This document shows positions 46,359 through 56,076 of a DNA stretch of 64,000 bases, one piece after another. Origin of the DNA: Acidimicrobiia bacterium (GTDB taxonomy: Bacteria; Actinomycetota; Acidimicrobiia; Spongiisociales; UBA5794); contig BTQL01000006.1 in NCBI GenBank assembly GCA_036985855.1, forward strand, positions 2,566 to 66,565, written 5' to 3'. A program made the position numbers and the translations under genes. Numbering within the stretch: position 1 is the first letter of the stretch; each line of letters starts with the position of its first letter. The notes beneath the pieces were generated by a model that saw only the letters and a list, made by a program, of their open reading frames with translations, searched no databases and had not been told where the DNA came from.

Positions 46359-47216
46359 CTATTGGAGGATCTTGAGCGCGGACGCCCCCTCGGTGCAGTC
46401 GCCGACGAGAGGACACCAACGACAATGCGGTCCCGCGGTCCTCGGCATCTCGGACCGATCCGACATTGCACGTCGGAGCGCCGTGATCATTTCCGCCACC
46501 TGCGCCGCGGTCGCATCGATGTCTTCGTTACTCGGTTGGGATACCCGTCGCTCACCCGTCTTCAACGACAACGCCTCGACATGCGCGGGAATTGCTCCGT
46601 TGGCCAGCTGCCACGCCATCGCGTAGAACGCGAGCTGGGCGCCGGCATCGTCAAGGTAGGTTCCCGTCTTCCAATCCACCAGCCGAACTCTTCCGTCCTC
46701 GACGTACACGGCGTCCACACGTCCGCGCAATCGGACGCCTTCGACCGGTTCACTCTCCACATCCACCTCGGCAGCATCGAATCCGTCGGTCGGGAGCGAC
46801 CTGAACCGATCGTACAGCTCCTCGACCTCGGCTGTGATCGTCCTGAATTCGGACGGTTTGAGCGACAGCGAGGCCATCGAGTTTCCGAGGTGTGAGCCGG
46901 CTTCCTGTCTACAAACGGCTTCGAACTCTTCGGGCGCGATGGGTCCATCGACAAGGTGTCTCGCGAACAACCGATGCGCAAGGATTCCCCTGAACAGATC
47001 CTTGGTCATAGCAGGGAACACACCTTGGAGCCGTGCAAGGGCCTGCTGTGGGCACTTGGTGTAGGTGACGAACAATGTCGCGGAAACAGGGAACTCTTCA
47101 CCAGGTGGGATACGTCTGAATGATGACACACTCTGATCGTATCCAAACTGTCGGCCGAGCGCGATAAAGCGGTATCTACCCGGATCCCGCACATATACTC
47201 GCCCAACCGCATACAA
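46359..47216 (-). CDS. PD-(D/E)XK nuclease, Cas4/RecB-like with 4-Cys cluster
   Basis: YTKCPQQ, GRVDAVYVEDGRVRLVDWKTG, QLAFYAMA, and C-terminal CRWCPLVGDC. Confidence 0.75.
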   Translation of the reverse strand: MYAVGRVYVRDPGRYRFIALGRQFGYDQSVSSFRRIPPGEEFPVSATLFVTYTKCPQQALARLQGVFPAMTKDLFRGILAHRLFARHLVDGPIAPEEFEAVCRQEAGSHLGNSMASLSLKPSEFRTITAEVEELYDRFRSLPTDGFDAAEVDVESEPVEGVRLRGRVDAVYVEDGRVRLVDWKTGTYLDDAGAQLAFYAMAWQLANGAIPAHVEALSLKTGERRVSQPSNEDIDATAAQVAEMITALRRAMSDRSEMPRTAGPHCRWCPLVGDCTEGASALKILQ

Positions 47217-47234
47217 GTCTCCTGGGAAGAACCG

Positions 47235-49301
47235 ATGGCAGCCTCCAGATCAAGAACTCTCCTTCTGATCGCGGTACCCGTGTTGATCCTTCTGTTGCCA
47301 CTGTCGATCTATTTCGTCGATAGTGCCGCAGCATCGGACAAGGTCGCTCGGAATGTCACCATCGCTGGTGTCGACGTCGCCCGCCAGACTCAGGAGGAAG
47401 CGCTCGCTTCGGTGGACAAGTACGAGAACGATCTGACCTCGAATGTCACCCGCGTCCTGGTGAATGGGAAGACGTATGAGCTCGACCCGACCGACGTCGG
47501 ACTGACCTTCGACAGCCAAAGTGCCGTGACCGAAGCGCTCGGTCTTCGCAAAGACGGAATCGGCGAGTGGCTGGACGCGTTCAACCGGGAGGTGGACGTA
47601 CCGCTTGTCGCCACCCTCGATCCCGAAATGGTTGCAGCCAAACTCAGCGAGTGGGAACGCGACGCAATCGCGAATCCCGCGTTCGATGGAGCCATCGCGA
47701 TTTCGAATGGAAACGTGCAATACCAATATCCGAGAACCGGCGAGGCGATCGACAGGGATTCGGCATCCTTTCTACTACTCACCGCGTTGGAGTCCGGGAC
47801 AGGCGAACCGGTTGAGCTCCCTGTCGTCATGTCGTCTCCGAAACTCACCGAGGCCGACATCGACGCTGGTGTGGAAAAGGCCAACAGGATCATCGACCGG
47901 GGCGTTGTGCTGAAGAACGATGAATACGGATTCGAATTCCGTGTCGAGTCGGCTGATCTCGGACGCGCTCTCAACGCGACAGTCACCGAAGGCGACAACC
48001 CTTCGATCGAGTTCTCGGTCGACCCTGCCGTCATCGCTCCCCTTGTCGAGATCGTGCGTGAAGAACTGGAGATCGATCCAGTTGATGCGTACTGGGAGAC
48101 CGTGCTCGTGGACGACTTCGAGGGATACCCGGATCAGTATGAGATCAAGGATTCGCCTCAAGAGCACGAGGAAGCCCTCCCGGAGAACGATACGATCAGC
48201 CTCGTTCCGGGACTCAACGGCACCACCGTCGATGCTGCAGAAGTCGCAGCGGTGGTCGAACTGGCCGCACTCAGCAACGGCAGGGGCTCGCTGACCCTTG
48301 TCAAGAACGCCAAACCTGCGTTCACGACCGAGATGGCAGAGTCCTTCGGCGTTCTTTACGAGCTTGCGGAGTTCACCACCCGGACTCCCGGTAGGAACCG
48401 GGTTTTCAACATTCAGCTCATGGCAGACATTGTCGACCAGACGATCGTCATGCCAGGCGAGGAGTTCACCGTCAACGAAGTGGTTGGTGAGCGGACTCTC
48501 GCGAAGGGCTTCAAATACGACTGTGCGATCGTTGGCGGTGAACTCTCCTGCGAGCAGGAAAAGGTCAACGTCGGTGGGGGTGTGAGCCAGTTCGGGACGA
48601 CGATCTTCAACGCCATCTACTTCTCGTGCCTCGAGGACACTGCCCACCAGCCGCACAGCATCTACTTCCAGAAGTACCCGGAAGGTCGCGAAGCCACCCT
48701 CGGTTTTCCACTTCCCGACGTGGCTTTCAGGAACGACACCGAGGCTCCTGTCATCATCAGAACCTCCTATACGCCAAGGACGATCACGGTGACCTTCTTC
48801 GGAAACAATGGTGGGATCACCTGCGGCACCGAACGCGGGGAGCGCTCTGGTTTTACGAGCGCTTCGGTGATATACCGCGCCGATGAGGATGGCACGGTCG
48901 CGCCGGGCGTGGAACACATTGCCAACAGCGGCTCGGGCGGGTGGCGCATCGTCAACACCCGGATCTTCTACGACAAGGACGGTAACGAGTTCAAGCGCGA
49001 GACCTTCCCATGGACGTATCGAGGTGAACGCCAGGTCATCTTGATGCATCCATGTGAAACGAAGGTCGGTGGGGACGGCGTCTGTTCCATCGACGTGCCT
49101 TCGGTGACCGGGATGTCCAGCGGAGAGGCATCAGCAGTGTTGACTGCTGCAGGATTCCGCGTCAGTGCGGTCGAGGTCATGACAGGCGATCAGACATTGA
49201 ACGGCACCGTCAAGTCCTACAGTCCCGGCGGTCTGGTTGATCTCACAACGGTCATCACGGTCGAGGTATGGAAGTGGGACGGCACCAGCACCGAGGGATG
49301 A
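47235..49301 (+). CDS. VanW-domain membrane-anchored protein with C-terminal PASTA-like domain
   Basis: N-terminal TM helix, VanW core (GGGVSQFGTTIFNAIYF...YPEGREATL), and C-terminal VPSVTGMSSGEASAVLTAAGFRV. Confidence 0.8.
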   Translation: MAASRSRTLLLIAVPVLILLLPLSIYFVDSAAASDKVARNVTIAGVDVARQTQEEALASVDKYENDLTSNVTRVLVNGKTYELDPTDVGLTFDSQSAVTEALGLRKDGIGEWLDAFNREVDVPLVATLDPEMVAAKLSEWERDAIANPAFDGAIAISNGNVQYQYPRTGEAIDRDSASFLLLTALESGTGEPVELPVVMSSPKLTEADIDAGVEKANRIIDRGVVLKNDEYGFEFRVESADLGRALNATVTEGDNPSIEFSVDPAVIAPLVEIVREELEIDPVDAYWETVLVDDFEGYPDQYEIKDSPQEHEEALPENDTISLVPGLNGTTVDAAEVAAVVELAALSNGRGSLTLVKNAKPAFTTEMAESFGVLYELAEFTTRTPGRNRVFNIQLMADIVDQTIVMPGEEFTVNEVVGERTLAKGFKYDCAIVGGELSCEQEKVNVGGGVSQFGTTIFNAIYFSCLEDTAHQPHSIYFQKYPEGREATLGFPLPDVAFRNDTEAPVIIRTSYTPRTITVTFFGNNGGITCGTERGERSGFTSASVIYRADEDGTVAPGVEHIANSGSGGWRIVNTRIFYDKDGNEFKRETFPWTYRGERQVILMHPCETKVGGDGVCSIDVPSVTGMSSGEASAVLTAAGFRVSAVEVMTGDQTLNGTVKSYSPGGLVDLTTVITVEVWKWDGTSTEG

Positions 49302-49392
49302 TGGCCGGCACCCGACGCCGCCCATAGCCATCGAGTTTCCGGGAACCGTTCCTACACTCCGCAACGATCCAGACCATTGCGACGACACCCAC

Positions 49393-51378
49393 ATGAAGCC
49401 CAGAAAAACGATATTTGCGGCCGTTCCGCTCGCCATTCTTCTGCTGCCTGTTGGCATTTACATAGCGGACCGCGCAACGTCCACCCAAGAGGTCGCACGC
49501 AACGTGACCATCGACGGGATCCCCGTTGGCGGAATGACTCGAGCGGACGCCACACTCGCGGTCGAGTCCTACGAGAACCAGCTTCGCACCAACACAGGCG
49601 TTTTCGCCGTCAATGGTGCAACCTTCAAGCTCTCGCCGATCAGCATCGATCTCACGGCAGATGTTCGATCCGCCGTTGACGCGGCGTTTCTTGTGAGACG
49701 TGACGGCGGAGTCTTCGCCAACTTCTCTTCGTGGATCAGTTCGTTCTCAACATCTCAGGATGCGCCTCTGTCGATCGCCTTCGATCATGACGCCATCGAA
49801 CAGATCGTCGCCGAATGGGAAACGGATGCTATTCCCAATCCGGCATACAACGGGAATGTATCGGTCGTTGACGGCGTCATCACCCCCAACTATCCGAAGG
49901 CAGGGCAATCGCTCAATCGCGATGCCGCGCACGGCCAGGTCGTTGCCGAGATGAGCACTCTCGACAAGGCGGGCGTGACCCTCGAAGTCATCGACTCGAC
50001 GCCAATCCTGACGAACGCCGACGTTGACGCTGCGGCTGCAGAGATGGCCCAGATGATCGACTCTTCGATCACGATGATTTCAGCAGAAGTCGGCTTTCGG
50101 ACGACCTTCAGACCTGAGCAACTTTCGTCTGCCGTACGTGCTGACCTGAGTCCCGCCGGCACCGAGCTCATCGTGTCGTTCGATGCAGACCGCGTGCTCG
50201 AGATCCTTGAACCGAGACGCACCGAGTACGAGATCGAGCCGATCGACGCCCAGTTCGACATCGATCTCGAGACGGATGAGTTCACCATCGTTCCCGGTCG
50301 CAGCGGGACCCTCCTCGACACGGAACGTCTTCTGTCGGAAATGAAGACGACGGCCCTCGGATCGGACGTCGGCGAGTTCCCTCTGCTGGTCGGTGCAGAG
50401 CCGAGCTTCACGACAGAGGCGGCTTCGTCTTTCACAACCCTTGGACCACTCGCCGGCTTCACTACCGAACACCCCGCGAACCAGGCGCGCGTGACGAACA
50501 TCCAACTGATGGCGGACGCGGTTAACGGTGCGATCGTTCTTCCCGGTGAGGAATGGTCCATCAACGACCACGTCGGACAGAGAACTGAGGCGAAAGGATA
50601 CATTGCCGCTCCAGCGATCATCAACGGCGCCCCGTATTGCTGTGACAATCCGGCCAACATTGGGGGCGGAGTCAGCCAGTTCGGTACAACGCTGTACAAC
50701 GCTGTGTTCTATTCGTGTCTCGACGATGTCGACCACACACCGCATTCGCTCTACTTCACTCGCTATCCGATGGGACGCGAGGCCACTCTCGGATTCCCCA
50801 ACCCCGACGTCCGATTCGGAAACAACACGGAGTATCCGATCGTCATCGCCACCGCGTACACCGATACGTCGATCACCGTGAAGATGTATGGAGACAACGG
50901 CGGGCTCACCTGTACGGATGACACACACGATCCTGAAGACATTGTCGAGTACACAGAGGAACTCGTTGCCGACGAGGAAGGTGTACTGAATCCGGGTGAA
51001 CGCACGAAAATCCGGTCGGGAATCAACGGGTTCCTCATAAAGGTCGATCGAATCGTCACATACCCGGACGGGCAAACCGAGAGGGATCTCGATCTCGTTC
51101 ACAGGTATCGAACGCTGTCCGAGCAGTACATGGTCAACCCGTGCGAAGTGTCTGGAGAGCCGGTCGATTGCCCGGTGAAGCTCGCTTCCGTCGTGAACCA
51201 AACCTGGGAATCCGCTCTGGAGTCTCTCTCGGAGGCAGGTCTGTTCGCTGCCAGGGTCACCGAGGTTGTGAACAGCGCTGCCAAGGACGGCATCGTCCTC
51301 TCCCAGGATCCGGCTCCAGGCGAGTGGGTTGGCGCTGGAGTGACCATCACCCTCACGGTTGGCGTGTACAACGGGTGA
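49393..51378 (+). CDS. VanW-domain membrane-anchored protein with C-terminal PASTA-like domain (tandem paralog)
   Basis: Trimmed to MKPRKTIFAAVPLAILLL. Collinear with the preceding gene (GGGVSQFGTTLYNAVFY...YPMGREATL; C-terminal LSEAGLFAARV). Confidence 0.8.
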   Translation: MKPRKTIFAAVPLAILLLPVGIYIADRATSTQEVARNVTIDGIPVGGMTRADATLAVESYENQLRTNTGVFAVNGATFKLSPISIDLTADVRSAVDAAFLVRRDGGVFANFSSWISSFSTSQDAPLSIAFDHDAIEQIVAEWETDAIPNPAYNGNVSVVDGVITPNYPKAGQSLNRDAAHGQVVAEMSTLDKAGVTLEVIDSTPILTNADVDAAAAEMAQMIDSSITMISAEVGFRTTFRPEQLSSAVRADLSPAGTELIVSFDADRVLEILEPRRTEYEIEPIDAQFDIDLETDEFTIVPGRSGTLLDTERLLSEMKTTALGSDVGEFPLLVGAEPSFTTEAASSFTTLGPLAGFTTEHPANQARVTNIQLMADAVNGAIVLPGEEWSINDHVGQRTEAKGYIAAPAIINGAPYCCDNPANIGGGVSQFGTTLYNAVFYSCLDDVDHTPHSLYFTRYPMGREATLGFPNPDVRFGNNTEYPIVIATAYTDTSITVKMYGDNGGLTCTDDTHDPEDIVEYTEELVADEEGVLNPGERTKIRSGINGFLIKVDRIVTYPDGQTERDLDLVHRYRTLSEQYMVNPCEVSGEPVDCPVKLASVVNQTWESALESLSEAGLFAARVTEVVNSAAKDGIVLSQDPAPGEWVGAGVTITLTVGVYNG

Positions 51379-51381
51379 CCA

Positions 51382-51405
51382 GGTTTCCCATGTCGGGGAG
51401 AAACC
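51382..51405. terminator. Hairpin between convergent gene ends
   Basis: GGTTTCCC-atgtc-GGGGAGAAACC, an imperfect stem with one bulge. Lies between the stops at 51378 and 51418. Confidence 0.3.
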
Positions 51406-51417
51406 CGGGATCGTGTA

Positions 51418-51711
51418 TCAGTAGAAGACAAAGAACTCGGTGATGACTTCGGCAGCGGCTCTCTTGGTGTCGTCAGACCATCCGTCTTCTCTTCGGATGA
51501 CCACAACGTTCGAAGCGATATAGACACGAGATATGGCATCGTCTGACTCGAAGAGGTCGGAGGCGAGCTTCGCTCCGAAGGTCGAACTGCTGCTGGCCTG
51601 ATCCGCGGAGGAGTATCCCTCACCGTCGGTTCCAGTCAGGCTGCGGTCTGTGGTGATGATCACCGAGTCGTCAACGACCTGGCTACTCTCGATCTCGATC
51701 CGCTGACCCAT
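51418..51711 (-). CDS. Nfu/NifU N-terminal-like domain protein
   Basis: 97 aa. The pattern ...LASDLFESDDAISRVYIASNVVVIRREDGWSDD...EVITEFF resembles the Nfu_N scaffold domain. Assigned by pattern only. Confidence 0.45.
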   Translation of the reverse strand: MGQRIEIESSQVVDDSVIITTDRSLTGTDGEGYSSADQASSSSTFGAKLASDLFESDDAISRVYIASNVVVIRREDGWSDDTKRAAAEVITEFFVFY

Positions 51712-51714
51712 GTT

Positions 51715-51752
51715 TCCTCCTCAGGTGTCCTCCTCAGGTGTCCTCCTCGGGG
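51715..51752 (-). repeat. 13-bp tandem repeat (2.9 copies) duplicating the Shine-Dalgarno region
   Basis: Plus strand reads TCCTCCTCAGGTG twice, then TCCTCCTCGGGG. Minus strand reads CACCUGAGGAGGA CACCUGAGGAGGA AAC AUG. Confidence 0.85.
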
Positions 51753-51805
51753 ATGCACCGTTGCCTCGACGCGGCGATGGTACCGACTGATGACGGCCTA
51801 TCCCG

Positions 51806-53242
51806 CTAGGCATCCAGAGTCGGCTGAAGCTTGTCTCCGGATCCAACCTCATGCAGTTTCATCAGGTTGGTCGAAGCGCTCTGGTTGGGTGGCACACCCG
51901 CAACCATCACGAGACCGTCGCCCTTGCGAACAAGACCACGACGCAGCAGGTCGATCTCGGCCGCCCCGATCATCTCGTCCGTTGAATTCACCCGGTCGAT
52001 CAACATGGGACGCACTCCTCCGTAGATCGCCATCCTGCGATATGTGCGTTCGACCGGTGTGAATGCATAGACGTCGGCCTTCGAACGGTACTTCGAGAGC
52101 AGGCGAGCCGTTGTCCCGCTCTCTGTGAATGCGACGATCGTGTCAAGGCCCAGACGGTCGGCGGTGTCAACCGATGCCTCGGCAGTCGCCGAAGCGAACG
52201 CGGCACCTTCGGAAAGGTTCGAGATATCGGTCGCCCTGCCAAAGCCGGTGGAGCGCTCGGCTTCGGAACAGATCGACGCCATGAGCTTCACTGCCCTCGT
52301 CGGGAACTCCCCGATTGCGGTCTCGGCCGAGAGCATCACCGCGTCCGTGCCATCGAGCACGGACCGGTACACGTCCGATACTTCCGCACGTGTAGGCCTG
52401 GGGTGGGTGATCATCGACTCGAGCATCTCTGTCGCGGTGATCGAGATCTTGCCTGCAGCATTCGCACGATGGATGATTTCGTATTGCGCTCGTGGAACGG
52501 ACTCGATGGAGAGCTCAACGCCGAGATCTCCGCGGGCAACCATCGCCCCATCTGCCTCCTCGAGAATGTCGTCGAGATTCATGTATCCGACAGCGGTCTC
52601 GATCTTCGCGATGACCAGCTGGTCCCCGACGATCTCGCGAACGGACCGAATGTCGTCCCCCGAATTCACAAAGGAAGCTGCGACCATATCGAAACCCAGA
52701 CTCAGACCGAACTCCAGGTCTTCGGCGTCCTTGTCGGTGACTGCGGGAAGGGACGTCCTGGCGCCGGGGAAAGACGCTCCTTTGTGGTCGAGGAGCTCAC
52801 CGGCTTGGAGCACCGTAGCGGTCACACCATCGCGGTCGACATTCGTCGCTTCGAGTTCGATGAGGCCGTCCGCAAGAATGACCTTGCCCCCGACGCTTAT
52901 CTCGACGCAATCGAGATGGACGATCTTGATGTTCTCGGCGTCGCCAACTCCCTCGCCTTCATGGAGACGAATGGTCGAGCCCGCCAAGAGCTCGACGCTT
53001 CCTCCAGAGAACGTACCGACGCGAATCTTGGGCCCCTGGATGTCCTGCATGATCGCGATCGGTCTGTCGACGTCCGAAGCGCACTGCCGAACAACCGCGA
53101 AGCGCCGTTCGTGGTCGGCATGGCTTCCATGGCTGAAGTTGAGGCGTGCAACATTCATGCCGCGTTCGATGAGTTTGACGACAACATCCGGCGACTCCGT
53201 CGCCGGTCCGAGAGTCGCGACGATCTTGGTTTTTCGACGCAT
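51806..53242 (-). CDS. pyk: Pyruvate kinase
   Basis: Trimmed to MRRKTKIVATLGPAT. Contains NVARLNFSHG and MVARGDLGVE motifs. Confidence 0.93.
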   Translation of the reverse strand: MRRKTKIVATLGPATESPDVVVKLIERGMNVARLNFSHGSHADHERRFAVVRQCASDVDRPIAIMQDIQGPKIRVGTFSGGSVELLAGSTIRLHEGEGVGDAENIKIVHLDCVEISVGGKVILADGLIELEATNVDRDGVTATVLQAGELLDHKGASFPGARTSLPAVTDKDAEDLEFGLSLGFDMVAASFVNSGDDIRSVREIVGDQLVIAKIETAVGYMNLDDILEEADGAMVARGDLGVELSIESVPRAQYEIIHRANAAGKISITATEMLESMITHPRPTRAEVSDVYRSVLDGTDAVMLSAETAIGEFPTRAVKLMASICSEAERSTGFGRATDISNLSEGAAFASATAEASVDTADRLGLDTIVAFTESGTTARLLSKYRSKADVYAFTPVERTYRRMAIYGGVRPMLIDRVNSTDEMIGAAEIDLLRRGLVRKGDGLVMVAGVPPNQSASTNLMKLHEVGSGDKLQPTLDA

Positions 53243-53379
53243 CGAGCCAACCTTAGAGCAGATGGCGCCCATCAAGGCGCCTCCATCGGAATGCATCATC
53301 TGAGCTGACAACTCAGAGTAGATCGAATGCCGCTACCGTATAGGTACCCCTCATACGGGCAATCAATGGAGGAGAATCA

Positions 53380-54150
53380 ATGAAGAATGCGACCAGGATT
53401 TTCGTTCTCGCGCTCGTTCTCGGCCTCGTGGCTACAGCCTGCAGCAGCGCAGACGAGAGTCTGGAAGGGCGGACCGTTACGGTCGCCATCGAGAACCTCT
53501 ACCCACCGTTCAACTTCATCGACGAGGTAACGGGCCAAGGCGCCGGGTTCGACTATGACATCTGGAACGAGATCTGTAGCCGACTCGACTGCAAGGCTGA
53601 GTTCGTGGAGGCGGTCTGGCCTGACGTGATTCTCGAGACCGGTGATGGCGTGTACGACACTGCAGCTGATGGCATCTCGATAACTGAGGAGCGCAAGGAA
53701 GTCGTCGCGTACTCTGACTCGTACATGACCACGATCCAAAAGATCATGGTCCGCTCAGATGAGAGCCGCTGGGCGACCGCTGACGAGTTCTTCGCGAGCA
53801 ATTCCAAGCTCGGCACGCAGGTCGGCACAACGAACTACGAACTTGCCACGACGCTCACGAATGAAAGCAACATCGATGCGTTCGATCTCTTCCCGACTGC
53901 GGTTCTGGCACTGCTCTCTGGCGATGTCGACGCCGTGATCATCGACGACGTCGCAGGGCAGGGGTATGTGGGAGAGGGCAACGAGGGAACGAAACTGCTT
54001 GAGGGCGACCTCCAGTCAGACCCACTCGGGTTCATCTACGCCAAAGGCTCAGAGCTCATCGATCCGGTGAACGAGATCATCGCGGACATGAAGAGCGACG
54101 GCACGATGGACAAGCTCATCAAGAAGTGGTTCATCGACTTCAAGGCATAG
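53380..54150 (+). CDS. Amino-acid ABC transporter substrate-binding lipoprotein
   Basis: Lipobox LVATAC. Family-3 SBP pattern (GFDYDIWNEI..., ...DAVIIDDV...). Confidence 0.85.
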   Translation: MKNATRIFVLALVLGLVATACSSADESLEGRTVTVAIENLYPPFNFIDEVTGQGAGFDYDIWNEICSRLDCKAEFVEAVWPDVILETGDGVYDTAADGISITEERKEVVAYSDSYMTTIQKIMVRSDESRWATADEFFASNSKLGTQVGTTNYELATTLTNESNIDAFDLFPTAVLALLSGDVDAVIIDDVAGQGYVGEGNEGTKLLEGDLQSDPLGFIYAKGSELIDPVNEIIADMKSDGTMDKLIKKWFIDFKA

Positions 54151-54243
54151 ACCAGAGCAATCGATCAGAAGGGCCGGGTCGTTTGACACGGCCCTTCTGC
54201 GCGTAGCCGTCTACATTGCCCTGCAGCTACACAAAGGACTCAT

Positions 54244-55053
54244 GTGACCGCCATCGACACGGAGCATTTACCCGATCCGACGCCACCCGGCGCGAAGCTC
54301 TCCTACGACTTCGCAGGTTTCCCCTGGTGGCTGGTCGGAATCCTTGCGACCATCGCGTTCCCCGTGTACAAGTTATTGACCGACGAGACCTGGAACGACG
54401 GCTTCCTCTTCATCAAGGATGGCCTGACGCTCACGTTCATTGTCACGTTCGCTGGTTTCGCCATCGCAATGGTCCTGGGACTCGGCGTCTCTCTTGCACG
54501 CATGTCCAAGCGAGCGGTTCCCAGGAATATCGCGATGTACTACATCGAGCTCATTCGAGGCATACCTGTTCTCGTCACGATCATCATGTTCGGGTTGGTC
54601 ATAGTTCCATGGTTCTTTAGCCGTGCCGGTATCGACCCCCAGTCAACGATCGGCTCGAAGGCCATTCGAGCAAGCGTGGCGATCGGTCTCATCTATGCAG
54701 CATTCATCGCTGAAGTACTGCGCGCTGGTATCGAGTCGGTCGAGAAAGGCCAGCGGGAAGCGGGCATGTCCGTCGGCCTGAACAACCGGCAGGTATTTCG
54801 CTTCATCGTCTGGCCCCAGGCGATCAGGAACATCATGCCTGCGCTGGGCAACGATCTGATTGCTCTGCTCAAGGACTCCTCCCTTGTGTCGATCCTCGCA
54901 GTCAGGGAGATCACGCAGATGTCCCGACTGTGGACGGGTCGAAATTTCCAATTCTTTACCGGGTTCATGATCCTCGCGGCGATGTACTTGACGCTCACTG
55001 TGGGCCTGTCGTTGCTGCTGCAGTGGTACGAGCGCAGGATCGCGACACCATGA
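54244..55053 (+). CDS. Amino-acid ABC transporter permease (His/Glu/Gln/Arg family)
   Basis: EAA-loop region (EVLRAGIESVEKGQREAGMSVGL) and multiple TM helices. GTG start. Confidence 0.85.
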   Translation: MTAIDTEHLPDPTPPGAKLSYDFAGFPWWLVGILATIAFPVYKLLTDETWNDGFLFIKDGLTLTFIVTFAGFAIAMVLGLGVSLARMSKRAVPRNIAMYYIELIRGIPVLVTIIMFGLVIVPWFFSRAGIDPQSTIGSKAIRASVAIGLIYAAFIAEVLRAGIESVEKGQREAGMSVGLNNRQVFRFIVWPQAIRNIMPALGNDLIALLKDSSLVSILAVREITQMSRLWTGRNFQFFTGFMILAAMYLTLTVGLSLLLQWYERRIATP

Positions 55054-55496
55054 CCGATATCGAATCGATGCACGAGAGCCTTCAAGACGTCATCGAGCGG
55101 TTTGACCACGTCTCGATAGCCGTCCACGACATCGAAACGGCCCAAGCTCTCGTGGACCTTCTCGGTGGATCCCACATCGGTGGCGGCCTCAGTTTCGCGG
55201 GTGACTTTCGTTGGATCCAGTTCGATCTTCCCGGCCAGGGTCGGCTGGAGCTGATCAGCCCTGTGGTCAACGAGAAGGACAACTTCCTCAATAGGTACCT
55301 CGCCGAGCACGGAGAGGGAATGCATCATCTCACGTTCAAGGTGAGGGACATACACAGGGCCGTGGCGAGGGCGAGGGAACTTGGCTTCACCGTTGTTGGT
55401 GTCAACGACAGCGAAGAAGGCTGGAAGGAGGCGTTCGTGCACCCTGCATCCGCACACGGCGTACTCATTCAACTCGCAGAGTTCGCGGACAAGTAA
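55050..55496 (+). CDS. VOC/glyoxalase-family protein (methylmalonyl-CoA epimerase-like)
   Basis: Trimmed to MTDIESMH.... FDHVSIAVHDIE and GEGMHHLTFKV metal-ligand pattern. ATG overlaps the permease stop (ATGA). Confidence 0.75.
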   Translation: MTDIESMHESLQDVIERFDHVSIAVHDIETAQALVDLLGGSHIGGGLSFAGDFRWIQFDLPGQGRLELISPVVNEKDNFLNRYLAEHGEGMHHLTFKVRDIHRAVARARELGFTVVGVNDSEEGWKEAFVHPASAHGVLIQLAEFADK

Positions 55497-55500
55497 ACAG

Positions 55501-56076
55501 GTGCCCTCCTCCCCCACGGTGATCCTCCCCGTACGCGATTTCGATGGCATGTCGCGCCTGAGCGGCGTGCTCAGTCCTCGACGGAGGACGAAACTATCAC
55601 GTGCCCTGTGCAGCGTGGCGGTCTCTGCTGCACGGAACGCAGAACTCGACGTTGTTGTGATCTCATCATCACCTGATGTCACCAACTGGGCGGAAGTCGG
55701 CGGGTTGCATGTCTGGTCCGACCCCGGCCGCGGCCTGTCCGCTGCAGCGTCCGCTGCTGTTGCACGTATGGGTCGGGATCCGTGGATTGTGCTGCACGCG
55801 GATCTTCCGCTCGTGAGCGCCGCCGCGCTCAGACAAGTTTCCGAAGCCTGCGAGGACGCCGCTGTGCTTGTTCCGAGCCATGATGGAGGTACGAACGTGA
55901 TCGCGTCCCATGGTCCATTCCCTTTCTCGTACGGACTAGGTTCGTTTCATCGCCATTTTGCTGCGGTTCCCGATGCCTCGATCATCTCAACATCCGAACT
56001 CTCGATAGACATCGACTCTCCCGCTCAGCTTGCGGCTTTCCCCGAGCTGGTCGAACCACCTAGCCTCTCCACATGA
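55501..56076 (+). CDS. cofC: 2-phospho-L-lactate / phosphoenolpyruvate guanylyltransferase (CofC/FbiD)
   Basis: ILPVRDF..GMSRL N-terminus, and LHADLPLVS followed by PSHDGGTN. GTG start at 55501 (alternative 55519). Confidence 0.7.
   Translation: MPSSPTVILPVRDFDGMSRLSGVLSPRRRTKLSRALCSVAVSAARNAELDVVVISSSPDVTNWAEVGGLHVWSDPGRGLSAAASAAVARMGRDPWIVLHADLPLVSAAALRQVSEACEDAAVLVPSHDGGTNVIASHGPFPFSYGLGSFHRHFAAVPDASIISTSELSIDIDSPAQLAAFPELVEPPSLST

Noticed and set aside
53264-53365. Three small hairpins in the pyk / ABC-SBP divergent region (GGCGCC-catcaa-GGCGCC, CTGAG-ctgacaa-CTCAG, CCGTAT-n11-ATACGG) as a possible riboswitch or leader
   Set aside because: The stems are short and isolated, with no recognisable riboswitch core. 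They are compatible with ordinary promoter or operator sequence, and the evidence is too weak to report as a feature.
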